Positions 40,087-50,657 of a DNA stretch of 64,000 nucleotides are shown here, piece by piece; position 1 is the first letter of the stretch, and every line of letters begins with the position of its first letter. The DNA comes from Alphaproteobacteria bacterium (GTDB lineage: Bacteria > Pseudomonadota > Alphaproteobacteria > UBA828): assembly GCA_965221125.1 (NCBI GenBank), contig CBDCRW010000003.1:448001-512000 (forward strand), in the 5' to 3' direction. The position numbers and the translations under genes are program-made. The notes under the pieces were generated by a model. It saw only the letters and a program-made list of their open reading frames with translations. It made no database searches and was not told the DNA's origin.

Positions 40087-41613
40087 ATGGCTGATCCGGT
40101 GCTTGCCGCACGGGGCATGACGAAGTCCTTCGGCAGCAACGAGGTCCTCCGCAACGTCGATTTCGAGGTCATAGCCGGGCGCAACATCGCGCTCTGCGGC
40201 GAAAACGGTGCCGGCAAGTCGACCCTCATCAAGCTCATGACAGGTGTCTACACGCCGTCCGCCGGGCAGGTCCTGCTGGATGGCGAGCCGGTGGTCTTCG
40301 CCGGACCCAAGGAGGCGATCGGCGCCGGCATCGCCGTCGTCCATCAGGAATTCTCCACCATCTCGGCGCTCACGGTGGCCGAGAACGTGTTCCTGGAGAA
40401 GGAGCCGCGCAACCGGCTCGGCCTGGTCGACCGGCGCGCGCTGCGCCGCGACTGTCGCGCCCTGCTGCAGGAGCTTGGCATCGACCTAGACCCCGACGCG
40501 ACGCTCGACAGGCTGAGCGTCGCCGAGGCGCAGATGGTGGAGATCGCCAAGGCGCTGCGCTCGCGCGCGCGGGTGCTGATCCTGGACGAGCCGACGGCGG
40601 TGCTCTCGCACCGGGAGATCGACCATCTGTTCCGCATTCTTCGCGACCTGCGCGAGCAGGGGATGGGCCTCGTCTACGTCTCGCACCGGCTGGACGAGAT
40701 CTTCGAGGTGTGCACCGACATCTGCGTGCTCAAGGACGGCGACGTGACCTCGGCGGGGCGGATCGGCGACTACGACCACGACCGGGTCGTGGCCGCCATG
40801 GTGGGGCGCAGCCTGGGCGAGCTGTTTCCGCCGAAGAGCGGGCCGGCGCGCGATGCGGCGCCGGTGCTCTCGTTGCGCGGCCTCGTCGCCGAAGGCGGCG
40901 CGGCGCCGGTCGATTTCGATCTCCGCCCCGGCGAGATCGTAGGGCTGGCGGGTCTGGTCGGCTCAGGGCGGACCGAGCTGGCGCTCGCGATCTTCGGCGC
41001 GGCGCGCGGCAGCGGCGCGGTCGAGCTCTCCGGCGCGGCCTACGACAAGCGCTCGCCCGGTCGCAGCCTCGGCGCCGGCCTCGCCATGCTGACGGAGGAC
41101 CGCAAGGCCGACGGACTCTTCCCCGACGCCTCGGTCGCCTGGAATTTCGCGGCCTCGACACTGGGCAAGGGCGCCCGGTCGCTCGCGCTCTCGCCACGCA
41201 ACGAAGAGGAGCGTTCCCGCTCCGTGGTCGAGCGCTTCAAGGTCGTCGTCGACCACGTCGGGCAGCCCATTTCGGCGCTCTCCGGCGGCAACCAGCAGAA
41301 GGTGCTCATCGGCCGTCTGCTGGAGAACGCGCCTGAGGTCCTGCTCCTCGACGAGCCGACGCGCGGCGTGGACGTCGCGACCAAGGCCGAGATCTACCGC
41401 ACCTTGCGCGCTCTGGCCCGCGACGGCGTGGCGATCTTGGTCATCTCCTCGGAGCTGATCGAGATCGTCGGGCTATGCGACCGGGTCCATGTGATGCGCG
41501 ACGGCGCCATCGCCGCAGAGCTGTTGGGCGACGCCATCACGGAAGACGGCATCATGGCGATTGCCGCCGCCGCGGCGGGAGGCAGCGAACCCGCATCGCA
41601 ACCTCATGACTGA
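40087..41613 (+). CDS. Sugar ABC ATPase (RbsA-like)
   Basis: GENGAGKST, LDEPTAVL, LSGGNQQKV. Confidence 0.93.
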   Translation: MADPVLAARGMTKSFGSNEVLRNVDFEVIAGRNIALCGENGAGKSTLIKLMTGVYTPSAGQVLLDGEPVVFAGPKEAIGAGIAVVHQEFSTISALTVAENVFLEKEPRNRLGLVDRRALRRDCRALLQELGIDLDPDATLDRLSVAEAQMVEIAKALRSRARVLILDEPTAVLSHREIDHLFRILRDLREQGMGLVYVSHRLDEIFEVCTDICVLKDGDVTSAGRIGDYDHDRVVAAMVGRSLGELFPPKSGPARDAAPVLSLRGLVAEGGAAPVDFDLRPGEIVGLAGLVGSGRTELALAIFGAARGSGAVELSGAAYDKRSPGRSLGAGLAMLTEDRKADGLFPDASVAWNFAASTLGKGARSLALSPRNEEERSRSVVERFKVVVDHVGQPISALSGGNQQKVLIGRLLENAPEVLLLDEPTRGVDVATKAEIYRTLRALARDGVAILVISSELIEIVGLCDRVHVMRDGAIAAELLGDAITEDGIMAIAAAAAGGSEPASQPHD

Positions 41614-42553
41614 CCTCGCGCGCGCCGTCCGCTTCCAGAACGTCCATCTGGCGATCGTCGGGCTGATCGCAGCGGTCTTCATCGTCGGCGTGTTCGCGTC
41701 CGACCGCTTCGTCACCGTGCTGAACATCGCCAATGTCCAGGACCAGCTCGTCGCGCTCGCGCTGGTCGCGCTCGCTCAGACCGTGGTGATCCTGTCGGGC
41801 GGTATCGACCTCTCGTTCGCCGGGCTGCTCGGCCTCCTCTCGGTGCTGTTCGCCACCTTTGCCGGGGCCGATCCGGCGACCTTCGCCGCCGCCTACATCG
41901 GCATCCTCGCGCTCGGCACGGCCATCGGCGCGTTGACCGGCGGGATCATCGCCTACAGCGGCATTCACCCGTTGATCGTGACGCTCGCCACGTCGATCAT
42001 CATGGCAGGTGCTGCGCTGCTCCATACCAAGCAGCCGTCCGGCTCGGTGCCGATCTTCTTCGAAGACATCGTGTATGCCCGGTTCTTCGGCTTCATCCCG
42101 TGGGGAACGCTGTTCGTCGTCGCGGCCTACGGGGCCGTGGGCTTCGTGCTCTGGCGGACCCGGTTCGGCATCCGCGTCTATGCCATCGGCGACGACGAGC
42201 GGGCGGCGACGATCTCCGGCGTTCCGGTCAAGCTGACCAAGGTGCTGATCTATGCCCTCTCCGGCTTTATCGCCGCGCTGGCCGCGATCTACCTGGTGGG
42301 CCGGTTCGGCGTGGGCGATCCGCGCGCGGGCATCGGCTTCGATCTGCGCTCCATCACGCCGGTGATCGTGGGCGGCACGCTGCTGGCCGGCGGCCGCGGC
42401 GGCGTGCTGGGCACGTTCCTCGCCGTCATCCTCCTGGCTCTTCTCGCCAACGTGCTGAACTTCCTGAACGTCTCCAACTTCTATCTCTGGATCGTCGAAG
42501 GCGTGATCATCGTCGTCGCGGTCTCGCTGTTTGTGGGCAGGGCGCGGTCATGA
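41606..42553 (+). CDS. Sugar ABC permease
   Basis: GGIDLS, YAIGDDERAATISG, VGGTLLAGGRG. Confidence 0.9.
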   Translation: MTDLARAVRFQNVHLAIVGLIAAVFIVGVFASDRFVTVLNIANVQDQLVALALVALAQTVVILSGGIDLSFAGLLGLLSVLFATFAGADPATFAAAYIGILALGTAIGALTGGIIAYSGIHPLIVTLATSIIMAGAALLHTKQPSGSVPIFFEDIVYARFFGFIPWGTLFVVAAYGAVGFVLWRTRFGIRVYAIGDDERAATISGVPVKLTKVLIYALSGFIAALAAIYLVGRFGVGDPRAGIGFDLRSITPVIVGGTLLAGGRGGVLGTFLAVILLALLANVLNFLNVSNFYLWIVEGVIIVVAVSLFVGRARS

Positions 42554-43503
42554 TCGCGCGCCTGCTCGGTGGCGGCGGCACGGTGCGCGGCCGGAAGACC
42601 CGCGAAATCCTGCTGCTGCTCGCGTTCCTCGTCCTGATCTGGGGAATCACGACGGTGCTCTCGCCGCGCTTCCTGAGCGTCAAGAACATCACCGACATCC
42701 TGGTGCAGGCCGCGCCCTTGGGCTTCGTCGTCATCGGCCAGATGGTCGTGATCGTGGTGCGGGGCCTCGACCTCTCCGTGGCTTCGATCATGGCGACGGC
42801 AGCGGTGCTCTCCATCGGCGTGTTCGACAACACCGCCACCGCCTTCGTCGCTGCCCTGCTGCTCGGCGCGCTCGTCGGCGGCGTCAACGGCTACCTCGTG
42901 AGCTATCGGCGGGTGACGCCCTTCCTGGCCACGCTGGCGACGATGATCGTGCTGCAGGGCATCCGCTTCGCCTACACCAAGGGCGCGCCGAGCGGCTCGC
43001 TGCCGGACACCTTCCGCTACCTCGCAACGGGCGACGTCGGCGGCGTGCCGGTCATCCTGATCGTGCTGATCGCGGTCGCCATCGCCGCGCACTGGATGCT
43101 GGAGCGCAGCGTCCCCGGACGGCAGCTCCTGCTCTACGGCGACAATCCGGAAGCCGCCTACATGGCCGGCCTGCCGGTCAAGCGCATCCTGATTTCGGCC
43201 TATGTCGTCTCCGGGGTTCTCGCCGCAACCGCCGGGCTCTTCCTGGTGGGATACGTCGGCATCGTCGACAACTGGACCGGCCAGGGCTACGAGCTGGACA
43301 GCATCGCGGCAGCCGTGATCGGCGGCGCCTCCCTGCGCGGTGGCAAGGGCAGCGTGATCGGCGCCCTGCTGGCGGCGCTGATCCTGGTGTCCCTCTTCAA
43401 CATCGTGGTCATCCTGGGCCTCTCCATCGAGTTCCAGATGGTGGTGAAGGGGGCGTTGATCCTGCTCGCCGCAGTGGTCTACATCCGGCGCACCCGCGAC
43501 TGA
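42550..43503 (+). CDS. Sugar ABC permease
   Basis: GLDLSV, GDNPEAA, YELDSIAAAVIGG; ATGA overlap. Confidence 0.9.
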   Translation: MIARLLGGGGTVRGRKTREILLLLAFLVLIWGITTVLSPRFLSVKNITDILVQAAPLGFVVIGQMVVIVVRGLDLSVASIMATAAVLSIGVFDNTATAFVAALLLGALVGGVNGYLVSYRRVTPFLATLATMIVLQGIRFAYTKGAPSGSLPDTFRYLATGDVGGVPVILIVLIAVAIAAHWMLERSVPGRQLLLYGDNPEAAYMAGLPVKRILISAYVVSGVLAATAGLFLVGYVGIVDNWTGQGYELDSIAAAVIGGASLRGGKGSVIGALLAALILVSLFNIVVILGLSIEFQMVVKGALILLAAVVYIRRTRD

Positions 43504-44393
43504 CCGTCATCGGCAGCGAGCGAAATCCCTCTCTCTTCAAGAGGTGTCGACACGAAGCGGGCGGCGGCGGCCTGGGCGGCGGCGATGGCATCCTCCATCG
43601 CGGCGGACGCGGCCACGCGGGCTGCGAGCGCGCCCACGAACACGTCGCCGGCACCGTGGGCGGAAACCACCGATACAGGGCGGACCGCATGGTGCTGCGC
43701 CTCGCTCCGCCGGTTTCGATGGACCAGGCCGTCGCGCCCCAGGGTGATGATGATCTCCCCGTCGAAGCCCGCCGGCGCCCGCGTCACCGCTTCCAGCGCG
43801 TCCTTGGGGCTTCGGATCGGAACCGCCAACAGCGCCTCCGCCTCGATGCGGTTGACGATGAGAAGGTCCACCAGCCCGAGCATCTCCGGCGACAACGGGC
43901 GCATCGGCGCAGCGTTCAGGACCACCGTCGCACCGCTCTTGCGGGCCTCGGCCGCGACCGCTCGATTGACCGCCTCGGGCACCTCGTTCTGCATGACGAG
44001 GACGCGGGCGCCTTCCGGCATCGCGAAGCCATCCGCAGAGAGTTGCCGGTTGGCGGACGAGACGACCACCGCGCCGTATTCTCCGTCCGCACCCACGACG
44101 GCGACGCTGAGGCCGGACATGGCCTCCTCGTCCCGCTGAATGAGGGAGGTGTCGACGCCGGCCGCGCGGAGATTGTCGACGAGCGACGCCGCGAAGATGT
44201 CGCCGCCGACGCACCCCAGCATGGCGGTCGGCGCGCCGTGGCGACTGGCGGCGACGGCCTGGTTGCCGCCCTTGCCGCCGCAGACGAGCGTCACCGCCTC
44301 GCCCATGAGGGTTTCGTCCGGGGCGGGCAGGCGCGGCGCGGTGACGACGACGTCAAGATGCAGGGAGCCGACGACGACGACCCCGCCGGTCAT
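43479..44393 (-). CDS. PfkB/ribokinase-family sugar kinase
   Basis: GGKGGNQA, LNAAP, VNRIEA, GAGDVFVG. Confidence 0.9.
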   Translation of the reverse strand: MTGGVVVVGSLHLDVVVTAPRLPAPDETLMGEAVTLVCGGKGGNQAVAASRHGAPTAMLGCVGGDIFAASLVDNLRAAGVDTSLIQRDEEAMSGLSVAVVGADGEYGAVVVSSANRQLSADGFAMPEGARVLVMQNEVPEAVNRAVAAEARKSGATVVLNAAPMRPLSPEMLGLVDLLIVNRIEAEALLAVPIRSPKDALEAVTRAPAGFDGEIIITLGRDGLVHRNRRSEAQHHAVRPVSVVSAHGAGDVFVGALAARVAASAAMEDAIAAAQAAAARFVSTPLEERGISLAADDGQSRVRRM

Positions 44394-45394
44394 CCGCCGC
44401 TTCCGTAGAGCGCAGAAGCGACGATGCGCTGGCTCGCCGTCGCGTCATGCCGGGCGATGGCCTGCGCCAAGCGTTCGTCCTCGGCCAACGCTGCGGCGAC
44501 CCTTCGCAGGCGCTCGATGGTCTCGATGTTGGCGCCGCACTCCGCCACCGGATCGAGCCCGCCGGTATCGGGGAAGGTGTCGAAGTAGATCGCCCGGTCG
44601 TAGCCGCAGCGGCGGAGCGCCACCAGCAGCTCGACGGTCTGGACGGGGTGCACCGTCCCCGCCATCAGGCCGTCGTCGCGCTTGCCGTAGCCGTCGTTGA
44701 GCTGGACGCCGAGCAGCCGCGAGTGGCGGTTCACGAGGTGGACCGTGTGCGCCGGCATCTCGCCCGCGTAGAGGACGTGCGCGAAGTCGAGCGTGACGCC
44801 GAGGTTCACCGCCCCCACTTCGCGGATCGCGAGCAGGGTCGTGCCCACGTCCCGCATGAGGGAATAGCTGCGGGGCTCGTCCGGCTTGTACTCGAGCGCG
44901 ATGTCGACGGCGGGATTGTGCGCGGCCAGCGCTTCGACGGCCGCGATCGTGTCGTCCCACATCCGTCCGTAATCGGCCTGGAAGGGATAGTCGAAACCGT
45001 CCTGGCCGAGCCAGAGCGTCATCAGAGAGCCGCCCATCTCGGCGAGCGCGTCGAGGCCGCGGCGGGTGAGGTCGATGGCCTTGCGCCGCCGGGTGGGGTC
45101 GGGATTGGTGAGCGCGCCCAGCCTGAAGTCGGCATCCGAGTAGTAGCGCATCGCGAGCCCGTTCAGCCCGATGCCGAGCCGGTCGAGAACGGCGGAAAGC
45201 TCCTTCGGGCTCGTGCCCTCGAAGTGATCCGGGTAGTTGAGGTCGGCGGCGTTGAGGCCCTTCACCGTCGCCGCCCGCTCCAGCAGGTCCGCCGTCGTCA
45301 CCCGGTTCTTGCCGGGCCAGTACGCCTCGGCGCCGACCCTGAAGGAGTTCAGCCGGGCGGCGTAGCGGGGCGGCTCGGCGGCGCGCATTCTCAC
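44390..45394 (-). CDS. Xylose-isomerase-like TIM-barrel sugar isomerase/epimerase
   Basis: LWLGQDGFDY, LEYKPDEPR, LDFAH, LNDGYGKRDD, FDTFP. Confidence 0.87.
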   Translation of the reverse strand: MRMRAAEPPRYAARLNSFRVGAEAYWPGKNRVTTADLLERAATVKGLNAADLNYPDHFEGTSPKELSAVLDRLGIGLNGLAMRYYSDADFRLGALTNPDPTRRRKAIDLTRRGLDALAEMGGSLMTLWLGQDGFDYPFQADYGRMWDDTIAAVEALAAHNPAVDIALEYKPDEPRSYSLMRDVGTTLLAIREVGAVNLGVTLDFAHVLYAGEMPAHTVHLVNRHSRLLGVQLNDGYGKRDDGLMAGTVHPVQTVELLVALRRCGYDRAIYFDTFPDTGGLDPVAECGANIETIERLRRVAAALAEDERLAQAIARHDATASQRIVASALYGSGG

Positions 45395-45438
45395 GTCCTC
45401 GGTGGACAGCCGGCGGCGGTCGTTCGCTCGGTCTGTGG

Positions 45439-46503
45439 TCAGAGACGCACGCCGGTCGCACTGTCGAAGAGGTGCGTCTGGTCGCTGCGCGGGCGCAGGT
45501 GCACCGTCTCGCCGGGCTTGAAGAAGTAGCGGTCCCGGAACAGCGCAACGACTTCGGTCTCGCCGAAGCGCAGGAAGACCAGCGTCTCGGAGCCCGTAGG
45601 CTCGACCACGGAGACACGCGCGGGAAAGCCGTCCCCTTCTTCGCCGATATCGAGGTGCTCCGGCCTGACCCCGTAGACGACCGGCTGCCCTGCCTCCCCT
45701 GCGCAGTCCGCCCCGACGGGGAAGCGGTGCCCATTCGCCTCGACGGAGACCGTGCCGTCGCGGCGCAGCGTCCCCTGGATCAGGTTCATGGCGGGCGAGC
45801 CGATGAAGGTCGCCACGAACACGTTCTTGGGCTCGTCGAACAGCTCGAGCGGCGTGCCGACCTGCTCAACGAGGCCGTCCTCCATGACCACGATCTTGTC
45901 GGCCATCGTCATCGCCTCGATCTGGTCGTGGGTGACGAAGACGGTGGTGGTGCCGAGACGCTGGTACAGCTCCTTGATCTCGGTGCGCATCTGGATGCGG
46001 AGCTTGGCGTCGAGGTTGGACAGCGGCTCGTCGAAGAGGAACACCTGCGGGTCGCGCACGATGGCACGGCCCATGGCGACGCGCTGGCGTTGGCCGCCCG
46101 AGAGCTGGCGCGGATAGCGGTGCAGGTAAGGCGTGAGGCCGAGCGTTTCCGCCGCCTGCTCCACGCGCTGCTTCACGATCGCGCGGTCGGTCTTCCGCAC
46201 CTTCAGCGAGAAGGCGAGGTTGGCGGCGACCGTCTTGTGCGGATAGAGCGCGTAGTTCTGGAACACCATGGCGATGTCGCGCTCCGCCGGCGGCAGGTTG
46301 TTCACCACCCGCTCGCCGATGCGGATCGTGCCGGCGGTCACGTCCTCGAGGCCCGCGATCATGCGCAGCAGCGTGGACTTGCCGCAGCCGGAGGGGCCCA
46401 CCAGCACCACGAACTCGCCGTCCGGGATGTCGATGTCGACGCCGCGGATGACCTCGACCGACCCGAACGATTTTCGCAGCTCGCGGATGGTGACCTCAGC
46501 CAT
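45439..46503 (-). CDS. MalK/UgpC-type ABC ATPase
   Basis: [35 protein letters not shown]. Confidence 0.95.
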   Translation of the reverse strand: MAEVTIRELRKSFGSVEVIRGVDIDIPDGEFVVLVGPSGCGKSTLLRMIAGLEDVTAGTIRIGERVVNNLPPAERDIAMVFQNYALYPHKTVAANLAFSLKVRKTDRAIVKQRVEQAAETLGLTPYLHRYPRQLSGGQRQRVAMGRAIVRDPQVFLFDEPLSNLDAKLRIQMRTEIKELYQRLGTTTVFVTHDQIEAMTMADKIVVMEDGLVEQVGTPLELFDEPKNVFVATFIGSPAMNLIQGTLRRDGTVSVEANGHRFPVGADCAGEAGQPVVYGVRPEHLDIGEEGDGFPARVSVVEPTGSETLVFLRFGETEVVALFRDRYFFKPGETVHLRPRSDQTHLFDSATGVRL

Positions 46504-46596
46504 GGTGCCGTCTCGTCTCCCGCGTTGCGCCCACCGCCCTCGGCCCCGGCCCCGGTGAGGTAGCCGAGGCGACGGGGCCTGTCCACCTGCCCGCCG

Positions 46597-47523
46597 TCAT
46601 TTCACCGCTCCGGCCGCCATGCCCTTGATGATGAAGCGCTCGAGCACGATGCCGATGATCACCAGCGGCAGGATCGCGGCGAACGAGAGCGCGGCCATCG
46701 ACCACCAGTTGATGCCCTGGCTGCCGGTCTGGCTCGCCACCATGACCGGGATCGTCTTCGCGTCGGTGCTGGTGAGCAGGGCCGCGAAGAAATACTCGTT
46801 CCAGCACAGCACCAGCGAGAGGATGAACGCCGCGATCATCCCTGGTAGCGCAATCGGCAGCACGATCTGGAGGAACGCCTTCCACACCGAGAGCCCGTCC
46901 ACCAGCGCCGCCTCCTCCAGCTCGACCGGAATGGCGCTGAATTGGTCCCGCATGATCCAGATGACGATGGGCAGCACCATGAGCGTGTAGAGCAGGATCA
47001 GCCCGATGTGGCTGTCGAGCAGGGCGAGCTCCTTGTAGAGCACGAGGAAGGGCAGCGCGAGCACCACCGGCGGCAGGATCAGCTGGCTGAGGAAGAAGAA
47101 CGAGATGTCGCGGTTCTTGATGAACTTGAGACGGTAGCTGAACCGGCTGAGGCCGTACGCCGCCATCGATCCGAGCACGACCGCGAGCGCCGAGGCCGAG
47201 AGCGAGGTGATGACGCTGTTGGTGAAGCGCTTCAGGAACTCCTCGCGCACGGTCGAGGTCTCGAAGATCGTCTGCGGCGAAAGCCCGAGCGAGCGCCAGC
47301 CGCGCCACGCCGGATCGAAGTCGGCCCACGGGATGAGGTGGCCCTGCATCACGTCGGGCGCGATCTTGAACGAGGTCGTCGCGGTCCAGTAGATGGGAAA
47401 GAGGCAGATCACAGTCCAGAAGAGCAGCGTGCCGTAGATCAGCAGGCGCCGCGTGTACCACTTGGCGCGGTACTTCAGATCCGGCGCGGCGTCCTTGAAT
47501 ATCTGGACGGTCTCGGTGCTCAT
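46597..47523 (-). CDS. Carbohydrate ABC permease (MalG-like)
   Basis: ELEEAALVDG EAA loop, WNEYFFA. Confidence 0.92.
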   Translation of the reverse strand: MSTETVQIFKDAAPDLKYRAKWYTRRLLIYGTLLFWTVICLFPIYWTATTSFKIAPDVMQGHLIPWADFDPAWRGWRSLGLSPQTIFETSTVREEFLKRFTNSVITSLSASALAVVLGSMAAYGLSRFSYRLKFIKNRDISFFFLSQLILPPVVLALPFLVLYKELALLDSHIGLILLYTLMVLPIVIWIMRDQFSAIPVELEEAALVDGLSVWKAFLQIVLPIALPGMIAAFILSLVLCWNEYFFAALLTSTDAKTIPVMVASQTGSQGINWWSMAALSFAAILPLVIIGIVLERFIIKGMAAGAVK

Positions 47524-47531
47524 CGCCTCGC

Positions 47532-48650
47532 CTAGTAGGACTGCCGCATCCAGCGCCTCACCAGCTTGAGCAGCAAGGTGATGAAGACGATGATCAGCAC
47601 GAGGTAGACCATGGCGAGCAGCGTGCCGTAGCCCACGTTGGAGCGGTCACGGTACTCGCGGAAGATGAAGCTCGTGACCGAATCCGTGGCGCCGCCGGGG
47701 CCGCCTGCGGTGACGTTGATGATGATGTCGGCGAGCTTCAGCTTGAAGATGATGCGGATGAGGATGGCAGTGATGCTGACCGGCAGCATCAGCGGGAAGG
47801 TCACGTGCCAGAACGTGGTCCAGCGCGAGGCCCCATCTACCTTCGCCGCCTCCACCACGTCCTTGGGCAGCGCCTGGAGGCCGGCCAGCAGCATGATCAT
47901 CATGAAGGGAATGAAGGTCCACGCGTCCATCACCATCATGGTGAGTCGCGCGATCTCGGCCGTCCCGAAGAAGGACGGCGTCTCCCAGCCGAGGAACCGG
48001 CCCAGGTTCGCGAGCGGGCCGAAGCGGATCTCCATCATCGACTTCCCCACCATCCAGCTCACCGCCACCGGCGAGAGCATGAGGGGAAGGAGGAAGGCCA
48101 CGCGGAAGAATTTTCGGGCGCGGATCTGGGCGTTGAGGAGGAGGGCGAGCCCGAACGCGATCGCGTATTCCACGCTGATGGCGAGCACGTAGTAGACCAT
48201 GTTCTTGAGGGCGTTCCAGTAGAACGGATCGCCCGCCATCTGCACGAAATTGTCGATGCCGTTGAACTTCCGCCCGGTAAGCGAGGAGAGGTTCCAGTCC
48301 GTGAGCGAGATGTAGATCCCGAAGAGGATCGGGAAGATCACCATCGAGACGACGAACAGCACGCCGGGCAGAACGAAGAGCGCGCGCTTGCCCTGCTCGC
48401 CCCGTGTCAGCACCTGCCCGATGCAGAGCGAGACCGCCCAGAACGCGTAGGCGTAGAGCACCGGCCGCCAGGTCTCGAAGCCGAAGGAAATGCTTTCGTC
48501 CTCATGGAGGCCCTGGATCACCACCATGACGAGGAGGACGAGCGCGGACCCCCACATGAGCGCGCGTCCGGCCAATATGCGGCCGCGCGACATGTGATCG
48601 GAGGTGACGACGTAGAGCTGGTTGCCCTCGAGTTGCGCAGGGGTGCTCAC
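47532..48650 (-). CDS. Carbohydrate ABC permease (MalF-like)
   Basis: EAAKVDGA loop, TAGGPG; start approximate. Confidence 0.9.
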   Translation of the reverse strand: MSTPAQLEGNQLYVVTSDHMSRGRILAGRALMWGSALVLLVMVVIQGLHEDESISFGFETWRPVLYAYAFWAVSLCIGQVLTRGEQGKRALFVLPGVLFVVSMVIFPILFGIYISLTDWNLSSLTGRKFNGIDNFVQMAGDPFYWNALKNMVYYVLAISVEYAIAFGLALLLNAQIRARKFFRVAFLLPLMLSPVAVSWMVGKSMMEIRFGPLANLGRFLGWETPSFFGTAEIARLTMMVMDAWTFIPFMMIMLLAGLQALPKDVVEAAKVDGASRWTTFWHVTFPLMLPVSITAILIRIIFKLKLADIIINVTAGGPGGATDSVTSFIFREYRDRSNVGYGTLLAMVYLVLIIVFITLLLKLVRRWMRQSY

Positions 48651-48725
48651 GACGCTGCCCGCCAAAGCAGGAATGGCGGCCTCACGGCCGCCAATCCCAA
48701 TGACACGAGCGAAGAAGCCGGGCTA

Positions 48726-50387
48726 TCAGAGGCCCAGCGACGCCCGATATAGCGCGATCTGGCTTTCGCGCCCGATCTGGTCGGTGATCTTCTCCCACGC
48801 GGCCGCGATTCGGTCAGCGCCTTCCTGGGCGCCGTACTCGCCGGCGTAGATTCGCGCCAGCTCGTCCTCGGCGACCGAGTAGTACTGGAAGATTCCCGGA
48901 ATGCGCGGCTCGATCGCCGCGTTGGGATGGTTGTAGGAGTCCGCCTCCGACGCGAGGTAGTCGGCGATGAAGGCCTCGTCGTAGCCGGCGCCCACCCACT
49001 CGGGAATGTTGAAGTGGGAGTTCCGGTAGGGCTGGAAGCCCGACGGATAGGCGGCGCACCACAGCGAGAGGTCCTTGCCGCCGAGATGGGCGGCGGCGGA
49101 CCAGGCTGCCTTGTGCCGCTGCGCGTCGTCGTCGACGCGGGCCATGACGTAAACGCCCCATCCGATATAGGCCATGTTGGGCGAGAAATTCGGCGACGCC
49201 GGGGTCTCCCACGCGCCGGTCGCGGCGTTGTACACGTCGTCCGAGCCGGGGAGGATCGAGAAGCCAACCGTCTCGCCCACCACCGAGGAGTCGGAGGTCT
49301 TGGCGTTGGAGCCGATGTCGCCCCACCAGCTCAGCATCGAGCCGGTGCCGGCCAGGAACTGCTGGAAGCCCGTGGTGCCCGGATCGGCGTTGATCTGGTC
49401 CGGCGGCTGGGCATCAAGGGTGTCGAGCACGTCCTGGATCGCGCGTACCCAGGCCGGGTTGTTGACGCGGGGCTTCATCGTGTCCGCGTCGAACAGCCAC
49501 GCCGGATCGTCCGGGTGCTTGGCGTAGGCGGTCGCCCGCGAGCCGAGGAAGTAGAAGGCGAAGCCGCCCCAGCCCTTCAGCGGGTCGAGGTAGCCGTAGG
49601 CGTCGAAGCCGCCCACCTTCTTGCCTTTGAGGAACTTGGTGACCTCTTGCACCTTCTGCCAGGTCGTCGGCACCTCCCACGCGCCCTCGTGGCCTTCGGC
49701 CGCCCAGGCCGCCGCGAGGTCCTCGTCCTCGAAGTAGTCGGTGCGATAGTTGAAGTTATGGCAGTCGCCGTCGATCGAGATGCGGTAGGTCTTGCCGTCC
49801 CAGGTGCCGACCGGCGCCTTGAGGTAGCCGACGTAGTCGTCCATGTCGATCTGGCTCATGACCCACTCGGGCATGACCGAGGCGAGGCCCTTGCCGCAGA
49901 CGTCGCCCTCGAAGGGGGCGCCCATCTCGATGATGTCGAAATCGACCGTGCCGGTGGCGATCGACTGCTGCAGGCGCGCGTTGTAGTCGGCCTGGGCGAG
50001 GTCGATCCAGTTGATGGTGGCCCCGGTGTAGGCCTCCCACGGCTTCAGGAAGCCGCGGAAGAGGAAGTTGTGCAGGTTCTGGTTGTTGAGGCCGAGGAAG
50101 GTGAGTTCGACACCGGCGAACTCACCTTCGGAGACATGCTCCTTGGCCGGCCCGAGGCACATCGCCCCCACCTTCTGCCAATCGGAATCCATGGGAGAGC
50201 CGACGCCCACGCCGGGAATCTTGAGGATCTCGGCCCGGACGTTGTCCTGCGCCGCCGACGAGCCCGCGAAGCCGCCGATGCCGGTTCCCGCAAGCGCCGC
50301 CACCGCGCCGGTGCCAGCCATGCCTTTCAGCATCCTGCGCCTGGTCGTCTGAGCCGCCATGATTCGATTGAAGACGTCTACTCTCAT
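48726..50387 (-). CDS. Carbohydrate ABC substrate-binding protein with Tat signal
   Basis: TRRRMLKG twin-arginine leader; heads a CUT1 operon. Confidence 0.88.
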   Translation of the reverse strand: MRVDVFNRIMAAQTTRRRMLKGMAGTGAVAALAGTGIGGFAGSSAAQDNVRAEILKIPGVGVGSPMDSDWQKVGAMCLGPAKEHVSEGEFAGVELTFLGLNNQNLHNFLFRGFLKPWEAYTGATINWIDLAQADYNARLQQSIATGTVDFDIIEMGAPFEGDVCGKGLASVMPEWVMSQIDMDDYVGYLKAPVGTWDGKTYRISIDGDCHNFNYRTDYFEDEDLAAAWAAEGHEGAWEVPTTWQKVQEVTKFLKGKKVGGFDAYGYLDPLKGWGGFAFYFLGSRATAYAKHPDDPAWLFDADTMKPRVNNPAWVRAIQDVLDTLDAQPPDQINADPGTTGFQQFLAGTGSMLSWWGDIGSNAKTSDSSVVGETVGFSILPGSDDVYNAATGAWETPASPNFSPNMAYIGWGVYVMARVDDDAQRHKAAWSAAAHLGGKDLSLWCAAYPSGFQPYRNSHFNIPEWVGAGYDEAFIADYLASEADSYNHPNAAIEPRIPGIFQYYSVAEDELARIYAGEYGAQEGADRIAAAWEKITDQIGRESQIALYRASLGL

Positions 50388-50593
50388 CCGTCAGATCTCC
50401 CTGAAGAAGGTCATCCCGTACCCGCCGACGCGCCCCGCGCGCCGGAAGAGCCAAAGACAATGGCCGGAAACTAGCCCGGATTTCTCACCAATGTCACGGC
50501 CTGCGTCGCGGCACCGTGGCGGCGGCGCCTGGAGCGGCATCGGGACAATCCATCGGCGGACGACCTTCGCTCGCCACACCCGCCTTAGCCCGC

Positions 50594-50647
50594 TTGACGC
50601 GTTACTAACGACCCAACAAACATCTAGACTCACGAAACATCATATAT
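50594..50647. promoter_or_regulatory. Divergent promoter region with two candidate GntR/FadR operators
   Basis: TTGACG at 50594; AACATCTAGACT (50619-50630) and AACATCATATAT (50636-50647); similar AACATCCGATGT at 38781-38792. Confidence 0.45.
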
Positions 50648-50657
50648 TTCGCTTTGC

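Noticed and set aside
43479-43503. 25-bp 3' overlap of convergent permease and kinase genes
   Set aside because: Short tail-to-tail overlaps are common
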